A program made the position numbers and the translations under genes. The notes beneath the pieces are model-generated. The model saw nothing but the letters and a program-made list of their open reading frames with translations, ran no database searches and had not been told where the DNA came from. A DNA stretch of 59,103 nucleotides, from positions 1-59,103 of the forward strand of contig JBIPSI010000033.1 in assembly GCA_044070495.1 (NCBI GenBank), written 5' to 3'. Within the stretch, counting starts at the first letter, position 1, and each line of letters starts with the position of its first letter. This DNA comes from Spirulina sp. (GTDB lineage Bacteria > Cyanobacteriota > Cyanobacteriia > Phormidesmidales > Phormidesmidaceae). Of this stretch, positions 40,832 to 51,935 are shown one piece after another.

Positions 40832-41272
40832 TTAGCCAAGAAATAATACGCAATCGTCCTAGGCTCAAGGCCTTGGGGCTGGTTTAGGACGGCCCATCGT
40901 AGGACTGTTCTCTAGTCTAACCCTCTGTCCCAAAAATGGGATTTTTACGGATGTTCACAGTGGACTTGCCGCTTTCAGTGACAGCGTTTAGCATGGCTTC
41001 AATCATTTTTTGAAACTGTTTTACTGCGAGGGGTGCAGCCGTTGGCTTGGGCCTAGTTCGGGCATTCTGATTTGGGCATTAACTCGGTCGGAGAAGGCTT
41101 AAGTAGGATGTGTGAGACATAGCCGCAACGCATCAAAGCCTTAGACAGCATGGGTTACGCTCCACCGACCCAGCCTACGGGGGCTACCCAAACCCCAAAA
41201 ACCACCAACCAACAACCAATAGCCAATAACCAAACCCCCCATAACAAACCCCGTTGAGTTCCAGTGTTCACC

Positions 41273-41617
41273 ATGTCCTACAGCTTCGATATCGTCGGCG
41301 TTGCCCCGGTGCTGGATTTTTTCACCCATCAGCAGCGGATGGAAACCAAACCCCAGCGCAGCCAAGCTTTTTTGGGCAGTTCGATTTGCACCCTGGATGC
41401 CTTCATCAGCGCCACCGAGGCCGTCCACCGCAAGCCCGATTGGGACTGGGACGAGATTGTCGGCAAAATTGTGGAATTTTGGCTGCACCAAGAAGCCGAC
41501 GTGCGCCACTGGAAGCAGCGGTTTGAATCGGCCCAAGGCCAGGACAAGCTGCTGGTGGGGCGAGTGGTGAACTACACCTCCCTGCGCCAGGAGTTTGAGG
41601 GGCTGTTTGAGGGCTAA
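41273..41617 (+). CDS. Conserved hypothetical protein
   Basis: Clean ORF with host-like codon use, upstream of nblS. Confidence 0.7.
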   Translation: MSYSFDIVGVAPVLDFFTHQQRMETKPQRSQAFLGSSICTLDAFISATEAVHRKPDWDWDEIVGKIVEFWLHQEADVRHWKQRFESAQGQDKLLVGRVVNYTSLRQEFEGLFEG

Positions 41618-41687
41618 CGGGCGGCGAACTGGGCGAGATCGTGCCAGAATATAGGCTAACTTGCGCGTCTAGTCTCCCAGGGCACCC

Positions 41688-43679
41688 TTGATCAGGTTAC
41701 TTCTTAAGATCCAAGAACTGTTCCTTCGCTGGTGGGGCGACTTCACCCTGCAAACCCGGCTGATGGCGGGGGCAACGTTGGTGGTGTCGCTCATTACCAG
41801 CGGCCTCACCTTTTGGGCGGTGAATACCATTCAGTACGATGCGCGGCTGAACGACACCCGCTTTGCCCGCGATTTGGGCCTGCTGCTGGCGGCCAACGTA
41901 GCCCCCCTGGTGAACGAAGCCGACCGCACAGAACTGGCCCGCTTCTCCTACAGCTTCTACCAAAGCACCTCCAGCGTGCGGTATATGCTCTATGCCGACG
42001 AGAACGGCGATATTTTCTTTGGCATTCCTTTCTCAGAAGCGGCGGTGCAAAATTCCCTCACCCTGCGGCGGCGGATGCAGTTGCCAGAGGGTTATGCCGA
42101 AAGCACGGATCGGCCCCTGGTGCGCCAGCATCTTACCCCCGCCGGGGAAGTCACCGATGTGTTTGTGCCCCTCAACTACAACGGTCAGCACCTTGGGGTA
42201 TTGGCTATGGGCATCAACCCCAACCCCACGGTGGTCGCCTCATCGCACCTAACGCGGGATGTCACCATTGCGGTGTTTGTCTCCATTTGGGTGATGGTGA
42301 TTCTGGGAGCGGTGTTCAATGCCCTCACTATTACCCAGCCCATCAAAGAACTGCTGCTGGGGGTAAAAAACATCGCCGCCGGAAACTTTAAGCAGCGGAT
42401 CGATCTCCCCCTAGGGGGTGAACTGGGTGAACTGATCTACAGCTTTAACGACATGGCCGAGCGCCTAGAGCGCTACGAAGAGCAAAATATCGAAGAACTG
42501 ACCGCCGAAAAGGCCAAGCTAGAAACCCTGGTGTCTACCATTGCCGATGGCGCAATTTTGCTGGACAGCGACATGCACGCCGTTTTGGTAAACCCCACCG
42601 CCCGCCGCCTGTTTAACTGGGGCAACCAGTCCTTGGATGGGGCGAATATCCTCGAACACCTACCCAGTCCGGTACGGGTGCAGCTCACGCGGCCCCTGTT
42701 TCAAGCTGTGCAGGGCGAGGCCGAGGCGATGGAATTCCGCATTCCCCTCACCGAACCCAGCCACCGTACCCTGCGGATTTTGCTGAATACGGTGCTGGAT
42801 CAGGCCAAGGAAAACGTGAAGGGGCTGGCGATTACAATTCAAGACATCACCCGCGAAGCCGCCCTCAACGAGGCCAAGGCCCAGTTCATCAGCAATGTGT
42901 CCCACGAACTGCGGACGCCGCTGTTCAACATCAAATCCTTCATCGAAACCCTGCACGAGTACGGCGAAGACTTGAGCGATACCGAGCGCAAGGAATTTCT
43001 AGAAACCGCTAACCACGAAACCGACCGACTCACCCGCCTGGTAAACGACGTGCTAGATCTGTCGCGGCTGGAGTCTAGCCGCCAGTACGTCATCGATGCC
43101 GTGGACATCGTGCAGCCCATCGAGCAAACCCTTCGCACCCACCGCCTCCATGCCAGGGACAAACAGATCGAACTGGTGCAGGAGGTGGAGCCTAACTTGT
43201 CCCCGGTGCTAGGCAACTATGACCTGCTGCTGCAAGTATTCACTAACCTGGTGGGCAACGCCCTGAAATTTACCGAACCCGGTGGAAAAGTCACCCTCCG
43301 CGCCCGACGGGTGCCCTGCCAAACCCAGGACGGCAGCCCCGACGAGACTCAATCCGACTGCATCCGGGTGGAAGTGGCCGACACCGGCATCGGCATTGCC
43401 CCCGAAGATCAACAGGCCATTTTTGACCGCTTCTTCCGGGTAGAAAACCGCGTCCACACCCTGGAGGGAACCGGATTGGGGTTGTCCATCGTCAAAAACA
43501 TCATTGAGAAGCACAACAGCCAGGTTCACCTCGACAGCGAAGTCGGCGTGGGCACCACCTTCTGGTTCGACCTCGCCATTCAACCCTCGGTGGATGACAT
43601 CCCCAGCCCATCCGACTCATCCCCAGTTGCCGCCGCCGAGCCTGATTCCTCGACCCAAACGGTTCTCAGCGCCAATTAG
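41688..43679 (+). CDS. nblS: Sensor histidine kinase NblS/Hik33
   Basis: FTLQTRLMA, NDTRFARDLGLLLA, HAMP-PAS domains and NVSHELRTPLFNIKS. Confidence 0.93.
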   Translation: MIRLLLKIQELFLRWWGDFTLQTRLMAGATLVVSLITSGLTFWAVNTIQYDARLNDTRFARDLGLLLAANVAPLVNEADRTELARFSYSFYQSTSSVRYMLYADENGDIFFGIPFSEAAVQNSLTLRRRMQLPEGYAESTDRPLVRQHLTPAGEVTDVFVPLNYNGQHLGVLAMGINPNPTVVASSHLTRDVTIAVFVSIWVMVILGAVFNALTITQPIKELLLGVKNIAAGNFKQRIDLPLGGELGELIYSFNDMAERLERYEEQNIEELTAEKAKLETLVSTIADGAILLDSDMHAVLVNPTARRLFNWGNQSLDGANILEHLPSPVRVQLTRPLFQAVQGEAEAMEFRIPLTEPSHRTLRILLNTVLDQAKENVKGLAITIQDITREAALNEAKAQFISNVSHELRTPLFNIKSFIETLHEYGEDLSDTERKEFLETANHETDRLTRLVNDVLDLSRLESSRQYVIDAVDIVQPIEQTLRTHRLHARDKQIELVQEVEPNLSPVLGNYDLLLQVFTNLVGNALKFTEPGGKVTLRARRVPCQTQDGSPDETQSDCIRVEVADTGIGIAPEDQQAIFDRFFRVENRVHTLEGTGLGLSIVKNIIEKHNSQVHLDSEVGVGTTFWFDLAIQPSVDDIPSPSDSSPVAAAEPDSSTQTVLSAN

Positions 43680-43699
43680 TTCCCTTTTACTGTCTAGCT

Positions 43700-44878
43700 A
43701 TGCCCCCATCGTCTTCCTCCCCGACCCCAGCGGTCTTGTCCTCTGAGGCTTCTGGGATCACGCCATCCGCTGCCCAATTGTCCCCTGAACAGAATGATCA
43801 TAGGGATCATGGACATGACCACGACCACGGTCATAGCCACGGACATTCCCACGGGCACCATCACCACGGGCATTCCCACGGGCACGAGGGCCATAGCCAC
43901 GTCCATGGCGCGATTGATCCGGAAATTGCCGCCTCGGAACAGGGGCTTTGGGCGGTGAAATGGTCGCTGGTAGGTCTGGTGATTACGGCGGTGCTTCAGG
44001 CGGGGGTGTTCTGGCTTTCCGGCAGCGTGGCCTTGCTGGCGGATCTGATCCACAATGTCGGTGATGCCCTGACGGCCCTGCCCCTGGGGGTGGCGTTTTT
44101 AATTTCCCGCCGCCAACCCACCAAACGCTTTGCCTACGGTTTTGGGCGGCTAGAAGACTTGGCAGGATTAGCCATTGTCGGGGTTGTTTTGGCCAGTGCG
44201 TTGATTACCGCCTACGAATCCATCGAGCGGTTTTACCATCCCGAACCCCTCAGCCATTTGGGAGCCTTGGCGGCGGCGGCCCTAGTGGGCTTTGTGGGCA
44301 ATGAACTGGTGGCCCTGTTTCGGATGCGGGTGGGTCGGCGGATCAACAGTGCGGCCCTGATTGCCGATGGTCAGCACGCCATGGCCGATGGGCTAGTGAG
44401 TTTGGCGGTGCTGATCAGCGCCCTTGGAGTGAGCCTGGGCTATACCTGGGCCGATCCAGCGATTGGTCTGGTGATCACCGCCGTGCTGCTGAAAATTGTC
44501 TGGGAATCGGGCCAGACCGTTTTTACCCGCCTGCTGGATGGGGTAGAACCGGAATTTTTGGAAGCGGTGAATCACGCCCTTAATCACGTCCCGGCGGTGC
44601 AGAGGGCCGAAAACCTCAAAGCCCGCTGGTTGGGCCATCGCCTTTATGTGGAACTCGATGTTGCCCTAGCCCCCGAATTATCCCTCGCTGCCAGCCAAGC
44701 CGTCCTCACTGAGGTCGAAACTACCCTGAAGCAACATCTTCCTTACCTCGGCTGGGCCAGGGTTCGTGGCGTGCCGTCGGTCGAAGCCCTGCTCTCCCCT
44801 AATCAGTTGGACAGTGGCACACTAGAAACCAGGATCCACGCTGATACCATAGCTCAGCTAGAAATTCCCAAGCCCTAA
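43700..44878 (+). CDS. Cation diffusion facilitator transporter with His-rich N-terminus
   Basis: SVALLADLIHNVGD, YGFGRLE and ADGQHAMAD. Confidence 0.92.
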   Translation: MPPSSSSPTPAVLSSEASGITPSAAQLSPEQNDHRDHGHDHDHGHSHGHSHGHHHHGHSHGHEGHSHVHGAIDPEIAASEQGLWAVKWSLVGLVITAVLQAGVFWLSGSVALLADLIHNVGDALTALPLGVAFLISRRQPTKRFAYGFGRLEDLAGLAIVGVVLASALITAYESIERFYHPEPLSHLGALAAAALVGFVGNELVALFRMRVGRRINSAALIADGQHAMADGLVSLAVLISALGVSLGYTWADPAIGLVITAVLLKIVWESGQTVFTRLLDGVEPEFLEAVNHALNHVPAVQRAENLKARWLGHRLYVELDVALAPELSLAASQAVLTEVETTLKQHLPYLGWARVRGVPSVEALLSPNQLDSGTLETRIHADTIAQLEIPKP

Positions 44879-44883
44879 CCCGA

Positions 44884-44912
44884 CCAACCGTAGGGGCGAG
44901 GTCTCCTCGCCC
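44884..44912 (+). repeat. REP-like GTAG palindrome
   Basis: Near-identical inverted copy at 5906-5934. Confidence 0.75.
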
Positions 44913-44976
44913 GCTGATACCGGGGTCACCCAAGCCGAACTGAGTATGAGACAAGACCTGTAGACAAGGATCTGTA

Positions 44977-45462
44977 ATGGCCATTGATGACTCCCTACTA
45001 GAGCTAATTTTTAGCGGTGCCAACCTGTTTGTACTGCCCTTTTGGACGCTGATGGTGCTGGTGCCCAACGCCAAACTCACCCGCACGATCATGGCCTCCC
45101 TGTGGCCGGTGGCGGCTTTGGCTAGCCTGTATCTCTTTCTCTTTGTGGCCAGTTTCGGCAATGTCGAGGGTATCGAAGCCTTTTCTGACCCCAATTTAAA
45201 ACTAGCGGACTTGGCCAACCTCTTCGCGACTCCCTTCGTCACTGCTACGGGCTGGGTGCACTTCCTCGCCTTTGACCTGTTTGTGGGCCGCTGGATTTAC
45301 CTCCAAGGTCAAGAAACGGGCGTTTTCACCCGCCATTCCCTCGCCCTGACTCTGTTTGCAGGGCCGATGGGTCTCCTCTCTCACCTGGTTACCACCGCCC
45401 TCTGGCAGCGCCTAGCCAAGCCCAACTCTCCAGAGGATCCCGCCACCGATCCAGCCTCCTAG
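44977..45462 (+). CDS. ABA4-like (DUF4281) membrane protein
   Basis: FVLPFW and GWVHFLAFDLFVGRWI. Confidence 0.9.
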   Translation: MAIDDSLLELIFSGANLFVLPFWTLMVLVPNAKLTRTIMASLWPVAALASLYLFLFVASFGNVEGIEAFSDPNLKLADLANLFATPFVTATGWVHFLAFDLFVGRWIYLQGQETGVFTRHSLALTLFAGPMGLLSHLVTTALWQRLAKPNSPEDPATDPAS

Positions 45463-45529
45463 GATGACAAGTTCCTCGACGGTGTGTGAATGCCTAGCCT
45501 AAGTTGAAAATGCTTGGATCTTCTGGCTT

Positions 45530-45579
45530 AGGAGATTTCTGGAAAACGTTCTCCCTCATGGTGGGCAGTGCCCTACGGT
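45530..45579. repeat. Dispersed ~50-bp repeat
   Basis: Homologue of 33621-33674. Confidence 0.8.
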
Positions 45580-45701
45580 GGCTATAGTCCCCGCCTAAAG
45601 CAGGGATCTTCTTTCCTAGAAATCTCCTTAGGTTTGGGGATGGCGGTTGAGAGTCCAATCAAGGACATTGATACCAAGTCCAAATCGCGCTTGGATAGTG
45701 C

Positions 45702-46181
45702 CTACCAGCGGGCATCGAAGGCGCAGTCGATGTAGTCCTGGATGATCAGGTAGCGACCGTCGGGCAGGGGAAGGTAGCGGTCGGGGCGGGTGGCGGTGGG
45801 GATGTGGGTTCGGCAGGCGACCAGGGCCACATCAAAGCGGCAAACCGCATTGGCCCACTGGGGATGTTTGAGCAGGTACACCTGGGCCGCTTTCCACAGT
45901 TTAGTTTGCTTACTGCGGGTAATGGCCATCAGCCCATCGGCATCCCAGTTGCCTTGGCTGCGGGTTTTTACCTCCACAAAAGCCATCTGCCCCCCCTGGG
46001 CCGGGTGTCCTTGGGTGAGGACTAAATCGAGTTCGCCGTAGGTGCAGTGCCACTGGCGATCCTTCACCGTCCAGCCCTTGGCCGTCATCCATTGGGCAAT
46101 CAGATTTTCACCGAAGGTACCTAGTTCTGCGGGGGTGAGGGGTTCTCCATCGGCAGGGGAGGGGGGCATAGGCAAGCGCAT
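45702..46181 (-). CDS. YraN (UPF0102) family protein
   Basis: GTFGE, GELDLV, FVEVKTR and CRFDVA. Start codon uncertain. Confidence 0.9.
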   Translation of the reverse strand: MRLPMPPSPADGEPLTPAELGTFGENLIAQWMTAKGWTVKDRQWHCTYGELDLVLTQGHPAQGGQMAFVEVKTRSQGNWDADGLMAITRSKQTKLWKAAQVYLLKHPQWANAVCRFDVALVACRTHIPTATRPDRYLPLPDGRYLIIQDYIDCAFDARW

Positions 46182-46233
46182 CGCTGAGGAACGAAATGGC
46201 CAGGGGAAATCGGGGGTTGCAAGGGGCACCCGA

Positions 46234-46692
46234 TCAGGCGGTGGCAAAGATACGGTAGTTGACTTCCTGGGTCATGGCGGCACCGTCATGCTTTTGCTGG
46301 TGCTGCACAAACTGCACCATCTTCAGGTCGTAGGTCGATACGTGGATGGTCATCCAGGTGGCGAGGTGGTGGACATCATCGAGGGTAAGGGGGCGTAGCC
46401 CCTGTTCGAGGGTGAGCCGGTAGTTGAGAATGAGTCCTAGGAGTTCCTCGTGCTGTTCAGTATGGCTCGCTTGTTCGGGATACAGAAAGACTTCCATCAG
46501 GGCTTCTTCGGTTTCGCAGTGCTCTAGCGTCACCCTAAAGAGGGTATCCAGGGCCGCCTGAATCATATCTTCGTCGTGATCTAGGAGCACAGAACGGTAG
46601 AGGTTTTTAAGCAACTGAAGCAGATGGCCGTGCTCTTGATCAATTTGGGGATGGTTGAGCTTGCAGCCATCCCGCCAGTATGCCAAGGACAT
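46234..46692 (-). CDS. Hemerythrin-family protein
   Basis: IDQEH, HCETEEALM, HTEQH and HVSTYD metal ligands. Confidence 0.88.
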   Translation of the reverse strand: MSLAYWRDGCKLNHPQIDQEHGHLLQLLKNLYRSVLLDHDEDMIQAALDTLFRVTLEHCETEEALMEVFLYPEQASHTEQHEELLGLILNYRLTLEQGLRPLTLDDVHHLATWMTIHVSTYDLKMVQFVQHQQKHDGAAMTQEVNYRIFATA

Positions 46693-46886
46693 GAACTTAC
46701 CTTATATGCCTTTTCCCACACTCTATCAGGCCTGTTCCTACCGCTAACATGGGGATTTACGGAACTTGTTAATCCGTATTGCGAAAAATTACGAGGATCG
46801 TCAGTATCATAGGTGACATGTCATGGCCCCTATGTAACACCCCGTAAATTTCCCGCGATGGCGATCCAGTAGCTTTGGGGATTCGC

Positions 46887-48398
46887 TCAGCCCGACCAAC
46901 TAGAGGCTCGATTGGAAAGTTCAGTCAAGGATCGTAGCCGTCCTCGCACCTCCTCGGTGAGCACGCCCTGGTGGTAGCGCCAGTCCCAGTTGCCGCCTGC
47001 CTGTCCGGGGGTGTTCATGCGGCAATCGCTGCCGTAGCCCAACACGTCTTGTAGGGGAAGAATGGCCTGATTTGCCACGGACATGAGGGCGAGACGAATC
47101 ATTGTCCAGTGGATGCCTTCGGGGCTGAGACAGCCGACGTAGAGCAGCAGGCGATCCCGTTCGTAGTCGGAAATCTGATTGAACCAGCCAACGGTGGTGT
47201 CGTTGTCGTGGGTGCCGGTGTAGACCACGCTGTTGTGGACGTAGTTGGTGGGCAGGTAGGGGTTGCCGTTGTCGGATCCGAAGGCGAAGTGCAGAATTTT
47301 CATGCCCGGAAACTCGAACTGGTCGCGCAGGGCTTCCACGTCGGGGGTAATCACACCGAGGTCTTCCGCCAGGATGGGTAGAATGCCCAGCTTGTCGCGC
47401 ACGGTTTCAAACAGTTCGGCCCCTGGGGCTTCGATCCACTGGCCATTCATCGCTGTCGTTTCGCCAGCAGGCACGGCCCAGTAGGCTTGCAAGCCCCGAA
47501 AGTGGTCTACCCGAATCAGATCCACATACCGCAGCAGGGTGCTGAGGCGCTGAATCCACCAGCGAAAGTCGCGCTGTTGCAGTTCTTCCCAGTTGTAGGT
47601 AGGGTTGCCCCAAAGCTGCCCGGTTTCGCTAAAGTAGTCCGGCGGTACCCCCGCCATTTCCGCCGGGGCGAGGGTTTCTGGGTCGATCATAAAGTTATGG
47701 GGGAAGGCCCACACATCGGCGCTATCGTGGGCGACGTAGATGGGAATGTCGCCAATGATTTGAATCTGTCGATCATTGGCGTATTGCTTTAGGGCCGTCC
47801 ACTGGCGATAGAACTCGAACTGGAGAAACTTGTGGCAAAAGATGTCGCTGGCCAGTTTTTCCCGCCATTCCGCGAGGGCGTCCGGCTGGCGACGGGCGAT
47901 GGCTTCGTCCCAGTCGGGCCAACTGGCCCCCCCAAAGGCATTCTTGAGGGCCATGAAAAAGGCGAACTCATCGATCCAAAAGTCAAAATCGGCGCAGAAG
48001 GCGTCAAAGGCGACTAAATTCTCCTCGGTGGCCACATCCCGAAACCGACTAGCGGCTCGCTCCAGTAGGCGCATTTTGGCCGGGATCACCGCCTCAAAGT
48101 CCACTCGGTCAGCAGCCAAATTTTCTAGGTCGTGCAGTTCGTCGGGATACAGCAAACTATCTTCACACAACTGCTCCAGGCTAATCAACAGTGGATTACC
48201 TGCCATGGAGGAATAGCACATATAAGGGGAGTTGCCGTGCCCCGTTGGCCCCAAGGGCAACACCTGCCAAAGCTGCTGACGAGTATCGGCGAGGAAGTCA
48301 ACAAACTCGTAGGCCGCCGCCCCTAGATCGCCAATCCCTAAGCGACTGGGCAGGGAGGTGGGATGGAGCAGAATGCCGCTGGATCGGGGAAAGGGCAT
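46887..48398 (-). CDS. malQ: 4-alpha-glucanotransferase
   Basis: GILLHPTSLP, GVPPDYFS, RVDHFRG, AEDLG and YTGTHDNDT. Confidence 0.97.
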   Translation of the reverse strand: MPFPRSSGILLHPTSLPSRLGIGDLGAAAYEFVDFLADTRQQLWQVLPLGPTGHGNSPYMCYSSMAGNPLLISLEQLCEDSLLYPDELHDLENLAADRVDFEAVIPAKMRLLERAASRFRDVATEENLVAFDAFCADFDFWIDEFAFFMALKNAFGGASWPDWDEAIARRQPDALAEWREKLASDIFCHKFLQFEFYRQWTALKQYANDRQIQIIGDIPIYVAHDSADVWAFPHNFMIDPETLAPAEMAGVPPDYFSETGQLWGNPTYNWEELQQRDFRWWIQRLSTLLRYVDLIRVDHFRGLQAYWAVPAGETTAMNGQWIEAPGAELFETVRDKLGILPILAEDLGVITPDVEALRDQFEFPGMKILHFAFGSDNGNPYLPTNYVHNSVVYTGTHDNDTTVGWFNQISDYERDRLLLYVGCLSPEGIHWTMIRLALMSVANQAILPLQDVLGYGSDCRMNTPGQAGGNWDWRYHQGVLTEEVRGRLRSLTELSNRASSWSG

Positions 48399-48501
48399 AG
48401 TCAAACCTGTGCAATTCCAGTAGACTCTAGCACGACAAACCGGGGTTATCCGGCTCTCTATCGGATGATTTTTGGGTGATGTTTCAGGGAATTTTGGCAC
48501 T

Positions 48502-48945
48502 ATGACTGGCTACCGCAACCCCGCCCCCACGGTGGATTTGATTATCGAACTACTGCACCATCCCCATCGCCCCATTGTGCTGATTGAGCGCCACAATCCT
48601 CCCCTGGGCTGGGCCTTGCCCGGTGGCTTTGTGGACTATGGCGAATCCGTGGAAGCCGCCGCCCGCCGCGAAGCCCTGGAGGAAACCCAACTGGCCGTCA
48701 CCCTGGTGGAGCAACTGGTGGTTTACTCCGACCCCCAGCGCGACCCCCGCCAGCATACCCTCAGCGTGGTGTTCCTCGCCACCGCCACCACCGACCCCAT
48801 CGCCGGAGACGACGCCAAAACCGCTGCTATCATCAACCCCTGGGCCTTGCCCGAAAACCTTTGCTTTGATCACGACCGCATTTTGCGAGATTATTGGCAG
48901 TACCGCTTCTACGGCCACCGCCCCCGCTTTGGGGTGGATATGTAG
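48502..48945 (+). CDS. NUDIX hydrolase
   Basis: Nudix box [23 protein letters not shown]. Confidence 0.93.
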   Translation: MTGYRNPAPTVDLIIELLHHPHRPIVLIERHNPPLGWALPGGFVDYGESVEAAARREALEETQLAVTLVEQLVVYSDPQRDPRQHTLSVVFLATATTDPIAGDDAKTAAIINPWALPENLCFDHDRILRDYWQYRFYGHRPRFGVDM

Positions 48946-48966
48946 GCTCTTGTTGGCTAAGTTCTA

Positions 48967-49068
48967 GCCCTCACCCCCAGCCCCTCTCCCAGGAAGGAGA
49001 GGGGGGCCGAAAGCATCCTTCAAAGTCCCTCTCCTTCCTGGGAGAGGGATTTAGGGTGAGGGCCACAG
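48967..49068. repeat. Dispersed palindromic repeat (CCCTCTCCC...GGGAGAGGG family)
   Basis: Long dyad; inverted homologue of 10851-10936. Confidence 0.85.
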
Positions 49069-49116
49069 GGACTTTGCAACTCGCGCAAGTCGATTTTTGT
49101 TCTAGTAAGGCAGATC

Positions 49117-49506
49117 ATGGAACGCACCATTATTAATACCCCGACCGCCCCCGCTCCCGTTGGCCCCTACAACCAGGCCGTAGCGGTGACGGGGCAACTG
49201 CTGTTCGTCTCTGGCCAAATTGCCCTCGACCCCGCCACCGGGGAACTGGTTGGCCCTGGGGATGTGGTGGCCCAAACCGAGCAGGTGATCGCCAACCTCA
49301 AGGCCATTCTCACCGCCGCCGGGGCCAGCTTTGACAACGTGGTGAAAACGGGCGTTTTCCTCAAGGACATGAACGACTTCGCCACCGTCAACGAAATCTA
49401 CGCCAAATACTTTGGCGGGGACAACGCCCCCGCCCGTGCCTGTGTGGAGGTGGCCCGCCTGCCCAAGGATGTGGCGGTGGAAATTGAGTGCATCGCCGCC
49501 CTGTAG
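49117..49506 (+). CDS. ridA: RidA-family deaminase
   Basis: [16 protein letters not shown] and [20 protein letters not shown]. Confidence 0.92.
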   Translation: MERTIINTPTAPAPVGPYNQAVAVTGQLLFVSGQIALDPATGELVGPGDVVAQTEQVIANLKAILTAAGASFDNVVKTGVFLKDMNDFATVNEIYAKYFGGDNAPARACVEVARLPKDVAVEIECIAAL

Positions 49507-49585
49507 TACTCCCGATTGACAGACAAAACCTGCCAAAACCCCTCCCTGTCAAAGGGGCACAGGATTGAGAACTAGGTCGTTGTGG

Positions 49586-50962
49586 CTAGCCTCGTACCCA
49601 GTCCTCTAGGGTTTTGGCAGCGGTGGGTAGGGCAGCGGTGAGCACCTCGCAACCCAGATCGGTAATCAGAACATCGTCTTCGATACGGATGCCGCGCACG
49701 TCGGCGAACAACTCCAGACGATCCCAGTTCACCGCATCATCGTACTGACCCGACTGGCGGGCTGGGCCTAGGATGCCAGGAACTTGGTAAAACCCCGGCT
49801 CAATGGTCACGACCATGCGGGGGGCTAGGGGTCGATCCAGCCTCAGGAATCCTAGGCCAAAGCGGTCACTGCGTTGCCGTCCTGGCGCATAGCCCGCCAC
49901 ATCCCCCAAGTCCTCCATGTCGTGAACATCTAGCCCCAGCAGATGCCCTACCCCGTGGGGAAAGAACAGGGCGTGGACATCACGATCCACCAGATCATCG
50001 GGCTGGCCGCTCAGAATACCCAAGTCCACGAAGCCAGCCGCTAAGGTACGACAGGCTAGCAGGTGCAGGTTGCGATATTCTACCCCTGGTTTTGCCGCCG
50101 CAATGCAGGCATCGTGGGCCGCTAGCACCACGTTGTAGAGATCCCGCTGGGGCGCTGAGAATTGGCCAGAAACGGGCCAGGTGCGGGTAATATCTGCGGC
50201 CCAGCCCTGGGGGGTTTCGGCTCCGGCATCCACCAGCAGCAGATCGCCCGGTTGCAGGGGGTGGTGGTAGTGATCGTTGTGGAGCACCTCGCCGTGGGTG
50301 GTGACAATGCTGTTGTAGGCACAGGGACACTGGTGGGCCATCATCACCTGCTCTAGGGCGGCGCGAACTTCGGCCTCGGTGGTGGCGTGGCGGGTAGCGG
50401 CCATCCCGGCTTGATGGGCCTGTGCCGAGACTTGAGCGGCCCATTGCATCTCCGCCAAGGCCCAGTCATCGTGGTACAGGCGTAGGTCAACGATGGCCTG
50501 GGTAAGGGCCATTTGCTGGGGAGAGGCGGTGGCCAGCGTGGCGGCGGTGGGCAGGGGAATGGCGGTGGCGGCCCGCTGGGGTAATTCTGCCAGGGGATAA
50601 ACCGCCTCGGCCCCGATGGCAACGGCCTGATCTTCAGGGCTGGGGGTTGGCCCATGCCACAGGGCGGCCCCGGCAGGAGGAGCATCCATAAACAGCGTGG
50701 CCTTGCCGTTCTCCAGCACTAGGGCAGCACCGGGCAGGGGACGACCCGCGAAGTAGAGAAAGTGGCTACTGGCCCGAAAAGGATAGGTATTAGCCGGAAA
50801 GTTACGGGAAACCGGCTGTCCTGCCCACAGCACCACCGCCCCCGCAAACCGCTGGCCCAGCCCTAACCGCCGCTGGATCAAACAGCCCAGGGCCAGGGGA
50901 GACAGATCTGGCCCTGGGGATAACAACCCTTGATCGGAATCAATCGTATTCACCATTGCCAT
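49586..50962 (-). CDS. Xaa-Pro aminopeptidase (M24)
   Basis: DAGAE...ADITRT, HGVGHLLGLDVHD, TIEPG and GIRIEDD. Start approximate. Confidence 0.92.
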   Translation of the reverse strand: MAMVNTIDSDQGLLSPGPDLSPLALGCLIQRRLGLGQRFAGAVVLWAGQPVSRNFPANTYPFRASSHFLYFAGRPLPGAALVLENGKATLFMDAPPAGAALWHGPTPSPEDQAVAIGAEAVYPLAELPQRAATAIPLPTAATLATASPQQMALTQAIVDLRLYHDDWALAEMQWAAQVSAQAHQAGMAATRHATTEAEVRAALEQVMMAHQCPCAYNSIVTTHGEVLHNDHYHHPLQPGDLLLVDAGAETPQGWAADITRTWPVSGQFSAPQRDLYNVVLAAHDACIAAAKPGVEYRNLHLLACRTLAAGFVDLGILSGQPDDLVDRDVHALFFPHGVGHLLGLDVHDMEDLGDVAGYAPGRQRSDRFGLGFLRLDRPLAPRMVVTIEPGFYQVPGILGPARQSGQYDDAVNWDRLELFADVRGIRIEDDVLITDLGCEVLTAALPTAAKTLEDWVRG

Positions 50963-51138
50963 AGGTCTACTCTTTACCAAGAATACGTTTTTTTGCTAAA
51001 ACCCTAAAGCTAGGTGTAGTGCTACCCCAAGCCCTGAGGAGATAGCGTAGGATACTCCTAATGAAATCACTTTTACTAAGTTCAGTTCAAATATACTATT
51101 AGGTGGTGTGATGACTAGCCTAGTTTAGGTTTAGCGTT

Positions 51139-51474
51139 ATGGCTTCCTTACTTCTTCGACCAGGGGCACGGGTGCGGCTTAAAGGACAAGACGACCACGT
51201 CCCCGATTTCTACGTTGTCCGTTGCGACCACGACCGCTGCTGGATTCGCCAACCCAATTGGAATCCTGAGGCCACGATGGATGTTCGCTTCACGCAGCTT
51301 TTTGTTCCTGGGCCGACCTCATCGGTGTCCATGGTCTCAGGGGGGGTGGCATTGCCGCCCTTAGCCTCGGCAGGGTTGGCTGCCGTCGCGATGGCTCCCC
51401 CATCAGCGGATCAGCCACCATGGCCCGACAATGTCATTGATATGGCGGCCTATCGGCGGCGCAAGGCTCGCTAG
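51139..51474 (+). CDS. Hypothetical protein
   Basis: ATG ORF with an SH3-like beta-rich start and an NVIDMAAYRRRK tail. Confidence 0.65.
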   Translation: MASLLLRPGARVRLKGQDDHVPDFYVVRCDHDRCWIRQPNWNPEATMDVRFTQLFVPGPTSSVSMVSGGVALPPLASAGLAAVAMAPPSADQPPWPDNVIDMAAYRRRKAR

Positions 51475-51648
51475 AGGCCACGCAGATTGCTGGGGTGTAG
51501 CCGTAGGCACAGAGCGCCAAGTCCTCTGGGAGTAGGGTAAATTACCTACTAGGCTGCTGAGGTCACTTGCGGCTGAGTCCTAGCCGGTTAGCCTTCATCC
51601 CTAGGGAGATGGCTGAACCTGTTGTTTTACCCTCCCATACAAACCCCG

Positions 51649-51867
51649 ATGACGCTTTTAGCCCGATTCCTCCAGCTTCTGCGATTTCTGGAGGACTTGC
51701 TTGAGTTTCTAGATATCTTGACAACCCCACCAGGGCAGGTAGCGATGGTAGGAGTTGGGTTATATGTAGGCTTAATTTGGATCGGTAGCGAAGCCTCTAC
51801 CGCCGCTACCCTAGCGGGTTCGGTAGCCCTCGCCCTAAGCTGTGTTTTGACTCGCCCTTGGTTCTAG
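51649..51867 (+). CDS. Small hypothetical membrane protein
   Basis: Two hydrophobic helices. Confidence 0.5.
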   Translation: MTLLARFLQLLRFLEDLLEFLDILTTPPGQVAMVGVGLYVGLIWIGSEASTAATLAGSVALALSCVLTRPWF

Positions 51868-51935
51868 GGAGCAGACCAGACGCCACGCAAGATCCCTAAG
51901 GATGGGTTATCGCAGCTTCGGTCAAGGCACTTATC